Positions 1-9,375 of a stretch of 55,549 nucleotides of DNA are shown piece by piece. Under the pieces are notes generated by a model. It had not been told where the DNA came from, did no database searches, and worked only from the letters and a program-made list of their open reading frames with translations. The stretch comes from Chloroflexota bacterium. Lineage in GTDB: Bacteria > Chloroflexota > Anaerolineae > 4572-78 > NAK82. The DNA is taken from NCBI GenBank assembly GCA_024276515.1, contig JAJRXB010000198.1, forward strand, positions 1 through 55,549, read 5' to 3'. Numbering within the stretch: the first letter of the stretch is position 1; every line of letters starts with the position of its first letter. The position numbers were made by a program, and so were the translations under genes.

Positions 1-78
1 GCAGCAGTCCTCTCGTTGCTCGACGAGACGTGGGTCCTCAAGATCGAGGAGGACCGCCCGGTCAAGACGATGCAGTAG
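1..78 (+). CDS. 3' end of an unidentified protein-coding gene (partial, begins outside window)
   Basis: Frame 1 is open from base 1 to TAG at 76-78 (..AAVLSLLDETWVLKIEEDRPVKTMQ*). Only 25 codons are visible, so no family can be assigned. Confidence 0.3.
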   Translation, partial: AAVLSLLDETWVLKIEEDRPVKTMQ

Positions 79-102
79 ACGGTAGGCAGTCAATGTCATT
101 AA

Positions 103-556
103 GCGCTGGGGTCGGTCTCCTCGCTGGGGCCGGTCTCCAGACCGCCTCCTCGCTGGGGCCGGTCTCCAGACCGCGCACCCTGGCCCGGTCAGAGACCGGC
201 CAGAGCTTTGACCGCTGGGGCCGGTCTCCTCGCTGGGGCCGGTCTTCAGACCGCGCCCCCCGGCCCGGTCAGAGACCGGCCAGAGCCTTTAGGGGGGAGA
301 CCGGCCGGAGCTTTAGACCAGACCGCTGGGGCCGGTCTCCTCGCTGGGGCCGGTCTCCAGACCGCGCACCCTGGCCCGGTCAGAGACCGGCCAGAGCCTT
401 TAGGGGGGAGACCGGCCAGAGCTTTTAGACCAAGCTGGGGCCGGTCTCCAGACCGCGCCCCCTCCTGGCCCCGGTCAGAGACCGGCCAGAGCCTTTAGGG
501 GGGAGGCCGGCCAGAGCCTTTAGGGGGGAGACCGGCCAGAGCCTTTAGACCAACTG
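103..556. repeat. Array of composite palindromic repeats (arms GCTGGGGCCGGTCTCC and near-complement GAGACCGGCCAGAGC)
   Basis: About eight copies of each arm, arranged [AAAB][AABB][AABB][ABBB]. The two central units repeat with a 111-bp period (ACCGCTGGGG at 211 and 322). The ORFs called here (30-428, 208-498) are repeat-driven artefacts. Confidence 0.85.
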
Positions 557-595
557 GCGCTTTACAAGATGCAGCAGGCAAAAAAGGGGGAGAGC

Positions 596-1846
596 ATGAC
601 CACAGCCAAGATCGCGAGTGATCTGCAAGCACAGATGCGTGCTGTCGCCGTGGACGAGCCCATCGGCGTGATCGTCCGCCACAGGCCGCACGTCTTTTCG
701 GCGCAACGGGTGGTGGCCAGCGCCCAGGTGACGCACAGCTACAAACTGGTCCCCGCCACAGCCATGCGCGTTCGCCCGGCCGACATCGAAGCCCTCAGCC
801 GCGACGAGACGGTGGAGTACATCTGGCCCGACCTTCCCGTTCACACCTGCCTGGACGTGTCGGTGCCACGCATCCAGGCCCCGTTGGTGTGGGAGGCCGG
901 CATCCGAGGCGAAGGGATGAAAATTGGGATCGTGGACACCGGCATTGACCCCAACCACGCCGACTTCGAAGGGCGAGTGGCCGCGATGACCAGCCTCGTT
1001 GGCGGAGACGGGACCGACGACAACGGGCACGGCACCCACGTGGCCAGCATCGCGGCCGGAACCGGCGTCACCTCCGACGGCAAATATCGGGGCGTGGCGC
1101 CCGCCGCCAGCCTGTACGTGGTCAAAGTGCTCGACGCCAACGGGTCGGGCTCAATGAGCGGCGTGATGGCCGGGATCGAGTGGGCCGTGGACCAGGGGGT
1201 GCACGTCATCAACCTGTCCCTGGGAAGCAGTGGCCCGTGCGACGGGACGGATGCCCTTTCGACCCTGTGTGACCAGGCGGTGCAGCAACATGGCATTGTC
1301 GTCTGCACAGCGGCGGGCAACGCAGGGCCGGAGGCCTCCACCGTCGGCTCACCGGGGTGCGCGCGCTGGGTGATCACCGTCGGCGCCGTGGACGACGCCG
1401 ACAAAGTGACCAGCTTCTCCTCCCGCGGCCCCACCTCCGACGGCCGGGTGAAGCCCGACCTGGTCTTCCCCGGCGCTGGCATCGTGGCCGCTCAGGCCCA
1501 CGGCACCGCACTGGGATCGGTGGTGGCGCCCGGCTACATAAGACTGTCGGGCACCAGCATGGCGACGCCGCACGCCACCGGCACGGTGGCCCTGCTGCTG
1601 CAAGCCAAACCAGACCTCACGCCCAACCAGGTGAAGTGGGCCTTGCTGACTACGGCTCTGGAATTGGGTGATAATCCCAACGCCCAGGGCAGCGGGCGCG
1701 GCGACGTGTTTGCCGCCTACCAGAAAATCCTCAACGAAACGCCCCCGGACCTGCCCGATCCGCCCGAACCAACGTTACCCGATACCCGGCCACAACCCCC
1801 CATCGGCTGCCTGGAGCAGATTAAACGGGCGTTGGGGTTGCGATGA
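596..1846 (+). CDS. Subtilisin-like serine protease (peptidase S8) with N-terminal propeptide-like region
   Basis: Catalytic triad motifs DTGID, HGTHVAS and GTSMATPH. ATG at 596 is preceded by GGGGGAG; the alternative ATG at 569 has no SD. No obvious signal peptide. Confidence 0.9.
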   Translation: MTTAKIASDLQAQMRAVAVDEPIGVIVRHRPHVFSAQRVVASAQVTHSYKLVPATAMRVRPADIEALSRDETVEYIWPDLPVHTCLDVSVPRIQAPLVWEAGIRGEGMKIGIVDTGIDPNHADFEGRVAAMTSLVGGDGTDDNGHGTHVASIAAGTGVTSDGKYRGVAPAASLYVVKVLDANGSGSMSGVMAGIEWAVDQGVHVINLSLGSSGPCDGTDALSTLCDQAVQQHGIVVCTAAGNAGPEASTVGSPGCARWVITVGAVDDADKVTSFSSRGPTSDGRVKPDLVFPGAGIVAAQAHGTALGSVVAPGYIRLSGTSMATPHATGTVALLLQAKPDLTPNQVKWALLTTALELGDNPNAQGSGRGDVFAAYQKILNETPPDLPDPPEPTLPDTRPQPPIGCLEQIKRALGLR

Positions 1847-1885
1847 TTTGACCTCTGGCCTGATCACTTCTGGAGGCACCCTCAA

Positions 1886-2917
1886 TTGAAAGCGATTGTG
1901 ATGCATCGGCGCGGAGGCCCGGAGGTGCTGCGCTACGAGGACTTTCCCACGCCAGAGCCAGGGCCGGGTGAGGTGTTGGTCCGGGTGCGGGCCTGTGGCC
2001 TGAATCACCTGGACGTGTTCACCCGCCGGGGCGAGCAGGGTCGGCGGGTGAAGCTGCCCCACATCCTGGGAGTGGAGACGGCCGGTGAGGTGGCCGCCCT
2101 GGGCCAGGGCGTCACCGAGTTGCGCCTGGGCCAGCGGGTGGTCAGCGGGCCCGGCATCTGGTGTGGTCGGTGTGAGTTTTGCCGCGCCGGGCAGGAGAAT
2201 ATGTGTGCCGAGCGACTCATCGTCGGCGTGGACGTGCACGGCGGCTACGCCGAGTACATCAAGCTGCCGGCCTACACGCTGGCGCCACTGCCCGAAAGCG
2301 TCTCGTTTGAACAAGGCGCGGCCACGCTGGTGGCCTTTGGCACCGCCTGGCACATGCTGGTGGACCGGGCCGCGCTGAAACCGGGCGAAACACTGCTGGT
2401 GCTGGCCGCCGGCAGCGGGGTGGGCATGGCCGCCGTGCAGGTGGGGATACACCTGGGCGCGCGGGTCATCGCCACCGCCAGCACCGACGACAAGCTGGCC
2501 CGCGCCCACGACCTGGGCGCCGACGAAACCATCAACTACACCCGGCAGCCCCGCTTCGCCCGCGCCGTCCGCAAACTGACCGACGGGCGCGGCGCGGACG
2601 TGGTCTTCGAGCACGTGGGCGCCGACACCTGGAAGGACAGTGTGGCAGCGCTGGCCATCGGCGGGCGGCTGGTGACGTGCGGCTCGACGACCGGTCGCTG
2701 GGGCAAAACCGACCTGTGGTCGTTGTTTGCCAAGCAGGCCACCATCCTGGGCTCCTTCAGCTCCACCCGGGCCAACTTCCACACCGTGTTGCGGCTGGTC
2801 GGTGAGGGGCAATTACAGCCGGTGATTGACAGCGTGCTCCCCCTGTCGGCGGCGGAGGAGGCTCATCGTCGCCTGGAGGCGCGGCAGGTATTCGGCAAAA
2901 TCGTCCTGCGGCCGTAG
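1886..2917 (+). CDS. Zinc-binding alcohol dehydrogenase / quinone oxidoreductase family protein (MDR superfamily)
   Basis: N-terminus MKAIVMHRRGGPEVLRYEDFPTPEPGPGEVLVRVRACGLNHLD, Rossmann motif LVLAAGSGVGMAAVQ, C-terminus GKIVLRP. TTG start at 1886; ATG alternative at 1901. Confidence 0.88.
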   Translation: MKAIVMHRRGGPEVLRYEDFPTPEPGPGEVLVRVRACGLNHLDVFTRRGEQGRRVKLPHILGVETAGEVAALGQGVTELRLGQRVVSGPGIWCGRCEFCRAGQENMCAERLIVGVDVHGGYAEYIKLPAYTLAPLPESVSFEQGAATLVAFGTAWHMLVDRAALKPGETLLVLAAGSGVGMAAVQVGIHLGARVIATASTDDKLARAHDLGADETINYTRQPRFARAVRKLTDGRGADVVFEHVGADTWKDSVAALAIGGRLVTCGSTTGRWGKTDLWSLFAKQATILGSFSSTRANFHTVLRLVGEGQLQPVIDSVLPLSAAEEAHRRLEARQVFGKIVLRP

Positions 2918-2982
2918 CACAGGAGACGGGCTGGACCGGGGAGACCCCCGAATTCCGAACGCACCGGGAACGACAGTCTCCC

Positions 2983-3011
2983 TTGCCTTCGGCGGCAAGT
3001 TACGCTATACT
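2983..3011 (+). promoter_or_regulatory. Candidate sigma70-type promoter for the DUF4870-recJ-asparaginase transcription unit
   Basis: TTGCCT (2983-2988), 17-bp spacer, TATACT (3006-3011). It lies 45 nt upstream of the AAGGAG RBS and ATG at 3057. Confidence 0.5.
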
Positions 3012-3056
3012 CAGCGCATTCAGTAGAGAACACCAACCCGATAAGGAGATGAACGC

Positions 3057-3398
3057 ATGACCAACGAAGCACCGACCCCGGAAAGTGACATCACCGACAA
3101 CGACAAACTGATGGCCGCTCTTTCCTATCCCATCCCCATCGTCGCCATCGTCATCCTGGTCTCCGAGACGAACAAAGATCGCCCCTTCCAAAAGTTTCAC
3201 GCAGTTCAGGCGCTTGCCTTCTGGGTCGCAGTGACCGTCATCGGGATTGTGATCTCCATCGTGACCCTGGGGATCGGGAGCCTCTGCTTCCCCGTCTTCT
3301 GGCTCGTCTCGCTGTGGCCGGCCTACCAGGCTTACCAGGGCGAGTACATGGAGATACCGGTCCTCACCGACTTCATCCGCAACCAGGGATGGGTGTAA
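3057..3398 (+). CDS. Small integral membrane protein, DUF4870-like
   Basis: AAGGAG RBS. Sequence KLMAALSYPIPIVAIVILV..DRPFQKFHAVQALAFWV with 3 predicted TM helices, typical of the DUF4870 family. Confidence 0.7.
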   Translation: MTNEAPTPESDITDNDKLMAALSYPIPIVAIVILVSETNKDRPFQKFHAVQALAFWVAVTVIGIVISIVTLGIGSLCFPVFWLVSLWPAYQAYQGEYMEIPVLTDFIRNQGWV

Positions 3399-3416
3399 AC
3401 CGCTGGAGATTGGAGA

Positions 3417-5195
3417 TTGCCCCCTACCTCCAAGCACTGGCACGTAGCTTCCCGCGCGCCCGAAGCGCACTTCGCCCGCTTTCCCGACCTGCACCCGGTG
3501 ATTGTCCAGATTCTCTACAACCGGGGCATCACGGAACCGGGCGAAGTGCGCGACTTCCTGGCCCGCCAGGCCCCCGACGCCAGCCCCTTTGATTTGAAAG
3601 GGATGGCCGAAGCCGTGACCCGTCTGCGCCAGGCCATCCACGCCGGGGAGCCAATCGCCGTCTACGGCGATTACGACGCCGATGGCGTCACCGCCACGGC
3701 GTTGATGATTCATACCCTGACCGCCCTGGGCGTGAGAGTCTGCCCCTACATCCCCAACCGTTTCGACGAGGGCTATGGGCTGAACGTGGAGGCCCTCACC
3801 CGCCTGGCCCGGAAGGGCATCCGGGTGGTGCTGACGGTGGATTGCGGCATCCGCTCGGTGGCAGAGGTGGCCCACGGCAACCGGCTGGGCCTGGATATGA
3901 TCCTCACCGATCACCACCACGTCGGAGAGGAAACTCCCCCCGCCCTGGCCGCCATCAATCCCAAACAGCCAAATTGTGGCTACCCTTTCAAAGAGTTGGC
4001 CGGCGTGGGGCTGGCCTTTAAGCTGGCCCAGGCCTTGATGCACGAGGACCTCCCGCGTCGCCAACCGCTGGACGAGGAGGATCTGCTCGACCTGGTGGCC
4101 CTGGGCACCGTCGCCGACATGGCTCCTTTGGTGGGTGAGAACCGGGCGCTGGTGGCCCACGGCCTGGAGCGACTCAACGTCCCCCAACGCCCCGGCCTGC
4201 AGATGCTGATGAAACAGGCCGGCGTCCAACCGGGGAGGGTCGGCGCCGGCACCATCGGCTTTGTGCTCGGTCCCCGTCTCAACGCCGCCGGCCGCCTGGA
4301 GAGCGCCCTGGCCTCCTACGAACTGCTCGTGACCAACGACATCTTCCGCGCCGGGCAACTGGCCCAGCAACTCGAAAGTCAAAACCGCGAGCGGCAATCG
4401 ATGACCCGGGCCGCCGTCGAACAGGCGCGCCAGGTGATTTTGGAAGACGGGGTCAGCCGCCCTCTGTACTTCATCGCCGACCCTTCCTTCAACCCCGGCA
4501 TCGTCGGCCTGGTGTCGAGCCGGCTGACGGAAGAGTTCTACCGCCCCACGCTGGTGGCACAACTGGGCGAGACGCACACCAAAGGCTCGGCCCGCAGCAT
4601 CTCCGAGTTCCACATCACCCGCGCCCTGGACGAGTGCGCCGACCTGCTGGAACGACACGGGGGACACGCTGCCGCCGCCGGCTTCACCGTGAAAAACGAG
4701 AACCTGCCAGCCCTGCAGGCCAGGCTGCTGGCCATCGCCGAGCGCGAGCTGGCAGGCATAGAATTGATCCCACCCCTGGTGATCGACGCCCGACTGAATC
4801 TTCGCGGCATCCATCGCCGCCGGGTGGAGGATTTCCTCGTCGCCCGCGCCGCCGGTCGCCCCGTGGACGAGGGGGACGTGGGGTTGCAGATTTTGGACGG
4901 GCTCGACCGGCTGCGTCCCTTTGGCTATCACAACGCCACCCCCGTCTTCGCCTCCTATGGCCTGGAAGTCAAAAGCAAGCGACCGGTCGGGGCCGACGGG
5001 CATCACCTGAAACTGGTGCTCCACGACGGGGTGCAAACGTGGGACGCCATCGCCTTTCGCCAGGGAAACTGGCACGATCATCTCCCCTCGCGTGTGGACG
5101 TGGCCTACACCCTGGAGATCAACGAGTGGAACGATCGGCGACGGTTGCAGTTGAACGTGAGGGACATCAAGCCGGCCGAAGCGGGCGAGGGATGA
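3417..5195 (+). CDS. recJ: Single-stranded-DNA-specific exonuclease RecJ
   Basis: DHH-family motifs DYDADGVTA, VDCG and LTDHHH, plus DHHA1-like GGHAAAAGF. TTG start at 3417 with GGAGA 7 nt upstream; start approximate. Confidence 0.92.
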   Translation: MPPTSKHWHVASRAPEAHFARFPDLHPVIVQILYNRGITEPGEVRDFLARQAPDASPFDLKGMAEAVTRLRQAIHAGEPIAVYGDYDADGVTATALMIHTLTALGVRVCPYIPNRFDEGYGLNVEALTRLARKGIRVVLTVDCGIRSVAEVAHGNRLGLDMILTDHHHVGEETPPALAAINPKQPNCGYPFKELAGVGLAFKLAQALMHEDLPRRQPLDEEDLLDLVALGTVADMAPLVGENRALVAHGLERLNVPQRPGLQMLMKQAGVQPGRVGAGTIGFVLGPRLNAAGRLESALASYELLVTNDIFRAGQLAQQLESQNRERQSMTRAAVEQARQVILEDGVSRPLYFIADPSFNPGIVGLVSSRLTEEFYRPTLVAQLGETHTKGSARSISEFHITRALDECADLLERHGGHAAAAGFTVKNENLPALQARLLAIAERELAGIELIPPLVIDARLNLRGIHRRRVEDFLVARAAGRPVDEGDVGLQILDGLDRLRPFGYHNATPVFASYGLEVKSKRPVGADGHHLKLVLHDGVQTWDAIAFRQGNWHDHLPSRVDVAYTLEINEWNDRRRLQLNVRDIKPAEAGEG

Positions 5196-5196
5196 G

Positions 5197-6117
5197 ATGA
5201 GCATTCCCCTGGCTATCATCGTCCACGGCGGCGCGTGGTACATCCCGCCACAGGACCGGGGCGCGCACAAAGCCGGCTGCCGGATGGCGGCGCTCGCCGG
5301 CTTCGACGTGTTGCGGCGCGGCGGCAGCGCCCTGGACGCCGTAGAGACGGCCATTGTCTGCCTGGAGGACGATCCCACCTTTGACGCGGGCGTCGGCGCG
5401 CATCTCAACCAGGATGGCGTGGTGCAGCTCGACGCCGGGATGATGGACGGCCAAACTTACCAGGTGGGCGCAGTGGCCGCCATCGAACGGGTGAAAAACC
5501 CAATCCGAGTCGCCCGGCACCTGCTGACCAGCGAACACAACATGTTCGCCGGCCCGGGCGCCACCGCCTACGCCCAGGCGTGCGGTATCCCTCTCTGTGA
5601 CCCGGAAGACCTGGTGGTGGCTCGTGAACGTGCCCGATGGCTGGAATACCGGGAGCGGGGCGAGCCGCCCTCCGAAACGGTGTTCCTCGGCGGCACCGAT
5701 GGAGCCTTCGCCGGAAAGGGGACGGTCGGCGCGGTGGCGATTGACCAGGCGGGGAACATCGCCGCCGGCACCTCCACCGGCGGAACCCCCTTCAAACCGG
5801 CCGGCCGCGTCGGCGACAGCCCACTGCCCGGCTGCGGCTACTACGCCGACAACGTGCTGGCCGGCGTGTCGGTCACAGGCCACGGTGAGGCCATCATCCG
5901 GGTGCAATTGGCCCGCATCGCCGCCGACTTTTGCGCCAAGCTGCACGCGCCGGCGGCGGCCGAGGCGGCCATGCATATGTTGAGCGACCGGGTGAAGGGC
6001 AAAGGAGGGCTTATCCTGATTGACCACGCAGGCCGCGTAGGCTACGCCTACAACACGCCCCAAATGGCCCGCGCCTTTATGGTCGAGGGGATGGACGAAC
6101 CAGCGGTGGGCATCTAA
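5197..6117 (+). CDS. iaaA: Isoaspartyl peptidase / L-asparaginase (plant-type asparaginase, Ntn hydrolase)
   Basis: Autoprocessing and nucleophile motif GKGTVGAVAID, plus GTSTGG and HGEAIIR. ATG lies 1 nt after the recJ stop. Confidence 0.9.
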   Translation: MSIPLAIIVHGGAWYIPPQDRGAHKAGCRMAALAGFDVLRRGGSALDAVETAIVCLEDDPTFDAGVGAHLNQDGVVQLDAGMMDGQTYQVGAVAAIERVKNPIRVARHLLTSEHNMFAGPGATAYAQACGIPLCDPEDLVVARERARWLEYRERGEPPSETVFLGGTDGAFAGKGTVGAVAIDQAGNIAAGTSTGGTPFKPAGRVGDSPLPGCGYYADNVLAGVSVTGHGEAIIRVQLARIAADFCAKLHAPAAAEAAMHMLSDRVKGKGGLILIDHAGRVGYAYNTPQMARAFMVEGMDEPAVGI

Positions 6118-6148
6118 GGGGGTATCTGAACTGTAACCGGTCAGGCGA

Positions 6149-6190
6149 GCCTTGCGAAGGTTCGGGCAAACCTTCGCAAGGCTTTTTTTC
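6149..6190 (+). terminator. Rho-independent terminator after the asparaginase gene
   Basis: Perfect 12-bp stem GCCTTGCGAAGG / CCTTCGCAAGGC (6149-6160, 6171-6182) followed by TTTTTTT. Confidence 0.8.
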
Positions 6191-6270
6191 TTGCTCGCAG
6201 CGGGTCTGTGACCCGCGTGTTTGGCGAACCGGAGCCGTCGGGTCACACCTGTGCCTGCGCCCCAGGGCAA

Positions 6271-6330
6271 GAAAAATTCACAGAGATGCACAGGATTTAC
6301 ATGATTTTATCCTGTAAATCCCTGTGAATT
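6271..6330 (-). terminator. Candidate rho-independent terminator after the histidine kinase gene
   Basis: On the minus strand: AATTCACAGGGATTTACA..TGTAAATCCTGTGCATCTCTGTGAATT compound hairpin followed by TTTTTC. It lies about 20 nt downstream of the stop at 6350. Confidence 0.6.
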
Positions 6331-6349
6331 TAGTTCCGGCCTGGCCGGG

Positions 6350-8173
6350 TTAGGGGGTACGTGGGAGGCGAATCGTAAACGTGCTCCCTTTTCCCAATTG
6401 GCTCTCTACGGTGATGATGCCCTCATGGGCCTCGACGATGTAGCGGGCGATAGCCAGCCCCAGGCCCAGCCCCTCTAATCCCCGCTCCAGAGTGGTGTTC
6501 ATTTGGGTGAAGCTATCCCAGATGCCATCTATCTGGTCGGCAGGGATGCCACACCCCCGGTCGATCACGCGCACCACCAGATCATCCCCTTCCGTTTCGG
6601 TCTGCACAACCACCGGACTCCCCTGGGGGCTAAACTTGATTGCATTGTCAATCAGATGAGCGATGGCCTCCGACATTTGCTCTCTATCCAGAGAGAGGAT
6701 CGGCAAAGGCACCTGGCGGCGGTCTTCCAGCGCCAGGTTTTTGCGCGCCGCCTTGAATCGAGACAATGCCAGCGCATCGTCCAGCACCGTTTCAAACGGC
6801 ACCGCTTCAAATTGCATCGTGCCCTGGCGTGCAGAGAAAGTGGCAAAAGTGATCAGGCCGTCTATCAACCGCTTCAGATAGCTCGACTGGCGGTCCAGCA
6901 TTTCGACGATTTCGGTCTGCTCGGCGTTCAACGGGCCGCGCTGCGGATTCTTGATCGCCTCCAAGCCTTGCAGGATGACGGTCAACGGCGTTTTCAGTTC
7001 GTGGCCCACCACGTTCAAAAAGCTGTGGCGCAATCGGTCCAACGCCTCGCGTTGCTGTCGCTCCCGCAAGTAGGTGTCGCTCAAATCCCGCGCGTAGAGG
7101 GTCGCCTGTTGAATCTGGCGGTTGGCCTCTTCGTAGAGACGGGCGTTTTCGATGGCGACGGCGGCGAAGGCAGCCAGTGACTCCAGGAGACGCTGGTCGG
7201 CGACGGAAAACTGGCCGCGTCTTTTGTTGATGACCTCCATCACACCGATCAGCCGGCCGCGGACGCGGAGGGGCACGCACAAAATAGAGCGGGTGATGGT
7301 CGCCGTTTTCCTGTCGAGGCCTTTGTAAAATCGTTCGTCGCGGGCGACGTCGGGCACCAGGAGCGGCTGGTTGTGCTGGGCAACCCACCCGACCACCCCC
7401 TGCCCCACCTTCAACCGGACTCCCTTGAGGCCGGCCGACTTGGGGCCGGCTACGGCTGCAAATTTCAGTTCTTGTCGCACCGAATCCAGCAGCAAAAGGG
7501 CGGCTGCTTCGGTGTCCAGCCGGGCGATGACCTCTTCCATGATGCGTGCCAAAATCTGGTTCGAGTCGAGGCTGGAAACTACCGCGCGGGCTGCTTCTGT
7601 CACCGACTCGAGTTCTTCCAACTGGCGCTGCGATTGGGAAAAGAGCCACGCGTTGCGCAAGCCGGTGCTTATCTGGCCGGCGATGGCCTGCAAAAGGTCC
7701 ACGTCGCCGATCTGAAACAACCGTTGCCGTCGGCAACCGATCAGCATCACCCCCAGCACGTTGCCCGGCGCCCGCAACGGGAGACAGACGAGCGACCGAA
7801 GCTGAACGCGCCGGAAGAATCGGGCCACCGCGTCGTCGGACACCAGCCGGAGGTCCGAGAACACTTTCGGCTGACCGGCCTCCAGGGTTTGATCGATGAG
7901 CGTCCCCCTCAGGTCCAGCGTGGCCGATTGCATTTCGTGCAAATGGTCCAGCGAAAAGCCCTGACTGGCCAGGATGATTCGCTGCTCTCCGTGGAGCAAC
8001 AGGACCATCCCTATCTTCAGGTCCACCGCGTCGAGGGCCAGCCACAGGGCTGCCTCCGCCACCTCTTGAGGGTCGAGGGACCGACTCACCGCCGTGGCGA
8101 CGGTGAGGAGCACGTGCATGCGTTCCGAGGAAATATCAGATTCGTTCGAAAGTCGGGCAAGAGGCTCTTTCAT
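6350..8173 (-). CDS. Sensor histidine kinase with two GAF domains (cytoplasmic)
   Basis: Two GAF-like segments, H-box VVGHELKTPLTVI, HATPase_c motifs NAIKFSP, DRGCGIP and GLGLGLAIARYIVEAHEGIITVESQLGKGSTF. No TM helix. Confidence 0.92.
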   Translation of the reverse strand: MKEPLARLSNESDISSERMHVLLTVATAVSRSLDPQEVAEAALWLALDAVDLKIGMVLLLHGEQRIILASQGFSLDHLHEMQSATLDLRGTLIDQTLEAGQPKVFSDLRLVSDDAVARFFRRVQLRSLVCLPLRAPGNVLGVMLIGCRRQRLFQIGDVDLLQAIAGQISTGLRNAWLFSQSQRQLEELESVTEAARAVVSSLDSNQILARIMEEVIARLDTEAAALLLLDSVRQELKFAAVAGPKSAGLKGVRLKVGQGVVGWVAQHNQPLLVPDVARDERFYKGLDRKTATITRSILCVPLRVRGRLIGVMEVINKRRGQFSVADQRLLESLAAFAAVAIENARLYEEANRQIQQATLYARDLSDTYLRERQQREALDRLRHSFLNVVGHELKTPLTVILQGLEAIKNPQRGPLNAEQTEIVEMLDRQSSYLKRLIDGLITFATFSARQGTMQFEAVPFETVLDDALALSRFKAARKNLALEDRRQVPLPILSLDREQMSEAIAHLIDNAIKFSPQGSPVVVQTETEGDDLVVRVIDRGCGIPADQIDGIWDSFTQMNTTLERGLEGLGLGLAIARYIVEAHEGIITVESQLGKGSTFTIRLPRTP

Positions 8174-8179
8174 CGTCGT

Positions 8180-8416
8180 TCAATCGCCCACCCAGCGCTC
8201 GATCAACGTCAGCAGAATCCACAACAGGCCGATCACGCCCACCCCAAACAGCAAACAACCAAAGCCGACGACCCCCGCCCCCGGGCTAAAAATGATGGCG
8301 ATCAGACCCGATCCGACCAGCAACAGAAACAGCACGACGACGACGGCCAGCTTGCGCTCGGTCTGGTGGCGGTAGCGGCGATAGTCTGTCGGGGGACGGG
8401 GGTCGGGCGACGACAT
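8180..8416 (-). CDS. Small hypothetical membrane protein (2 TM helices)
   Basis: 78 aa with two hydrophobic helices (LAVVVVLFLLLVGSGLIAIIF; VVGFGCLLFGVGVIGLLWILL). Tightly spaced between the patatin and kinase genes (gaps of 9 and 6 nt). Confidence 0.6.
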   Translation of the reverse strand: MSSPDPRPPTDYRRYRHQTERKLAVVVVLFLLLVGSGLIAIIFSPGAGVVGFGCLLFGVGVIGLLWILLTLIERWVGD

Positions 8417-8425
8417 AACGTTCCT

Positions 8426-9349
8426 CTACCGGCGGCGCTTGTGGGGGACGTAAATCCTGGCTCCCGGCGGCGGTGGCGCGCTCGTCGTCCCCAGCAACTG
8501 GTTGCGGATCATCTCGCGTGTGGTGGGCTGCGGGTGGGCCAGATACTCCTCGGCGACCCGCCGGCCCTCGTCCACCATCTCGGCCATGTGGTCAAAGTCG
8601 GTGAGGGGGAGATCGGCGAAGGCCTGGATGGAGATGTGATGCAGGTCGAGCGCGTCGCCTGCTTCTGCGGCCTCCTCCAGGTCGTCCACGAGTTGCTGGT
8701 AGATGAGGGTGGTGATGGATCGTTGGGCGATGTTCCACACGCCGTGGACCGGCGGCTGCGGGTCGCCGGCGTAGCTCACGTTGATGGCGTAAATCTCGGT
8801 CGCCCCCTTTTCCATCGCAATCTCGATGGGCACCACCGTCACCAGACCGCCGTCCAGGTATTGGTAGCCGTTGAATTCGATGGGCGGCAGTTCGGGGGGG
8901 ATGGCGGAGCTGACCATCACGGCGTCCACCAATTTGGCCGTTGGGTCTTCGCCGAAGAGGAAAAGGGTGTGCGTGTTGATGTTGGCGCCGGTGATGTAAA
9001 GCGGGACCGACACGTCGCCGAAGGTGGTCCGGTCTGGCGGCAGATTTTGCTCCACAAAGCGTCGGAGCGACTTGTTGTCGAAGAGGCTGTCTTTGCCGGT
9101 GACGAAGCGCCAGGCCATGGTGAGAATGTTGCCGGGGAAGACGTCTTGTTTGCGGACGCCGCACCAGATGCCGGCCAGCCGGTTGGCCCCTTCCAGCGAA
9201 GGGTAGAGGGCGATGTAGGCCCCGTTCAGCGCCCCCGCCGACGTGCCCACGATCAAATCCGGCTGGATGCCGCGGGCGAACAGGGCTTGCAGCGCGCCCG
9301 CCTGCAACGCGCCCCGGTTGCCTCCTCCGCTGAGGACAAAGGCGATCAT
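8426..9349 (-). CDS. Patatin-like phospholipase
   Basis: Oxyanion motif SGGGNRG, nucleophile elbow GTSAG, catalytic Asp in YLDGGL. Confidence 0.9.
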   Translation of the reverse strand: MIAFVLSGGGNRGALQAGALQALFARGIQPDLIVGTSAGALNGAYIALYPSLEGANRLAGIWCGVRKQDVFPGNILTMAWRFVTGKDSLFDNKSLRRFVEQNLPPDRTTFGDVSVPLYITGANINTHTLFLFGEDPTAKLVDAVMVSSAIPPELPPIEFNGYQYLDGGLVTVVPIEIAMEKGATEIYAINVSYAGDPQPPVHGVWNIAQRSITTLIYQQLVDDLEEAAEAGDALDLHHISIQAFADLPLTDFDHMAEMVDEGRRVAEEYLAHPQPTTREMIRNQLLGTTSAPPPPGARIYVPHKRRR

Positions 9350-9375
9350 TGGCTTTCGTTCCCTCCTTTCACGTG

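Noticed and set aside
103-556. Possible CRISPR array because of regularly recurring GC-rich palindromic repeats
   Set aside because: There are no unique spacers. The sequence between repeats is itself repeated, the repeat arms occur in both orientations, and no cas genes are nearby. It is a palindromic repeat array, not CRISPR.
3000-5408. 802-aa minus-strand ORF opposite recJ. Similar long antisense ORFs occur at 7373-9511 (+), 15993-17213 (-), 18369-20714 (-), 51507-53957 (-) and 52841-54376 (+).
   Set aside because: They are typical high-GC stop-codon-poor antisense or off-frame ORFs. Their translations are low-complexity (Gly/Arg/Pro/His-rich) with no recognisable motifs. The opposite or alternative frame encodes proteins with clear family signatures.
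8426-9349. Patatin-like phospholipase as a CBASS (CapV-like) effector
   Set aside because: No CD-NTase, cyclase or ubiquitin-like accessory genes are present. The operon partners are a small membrane protein and a GAF histidine kinase.
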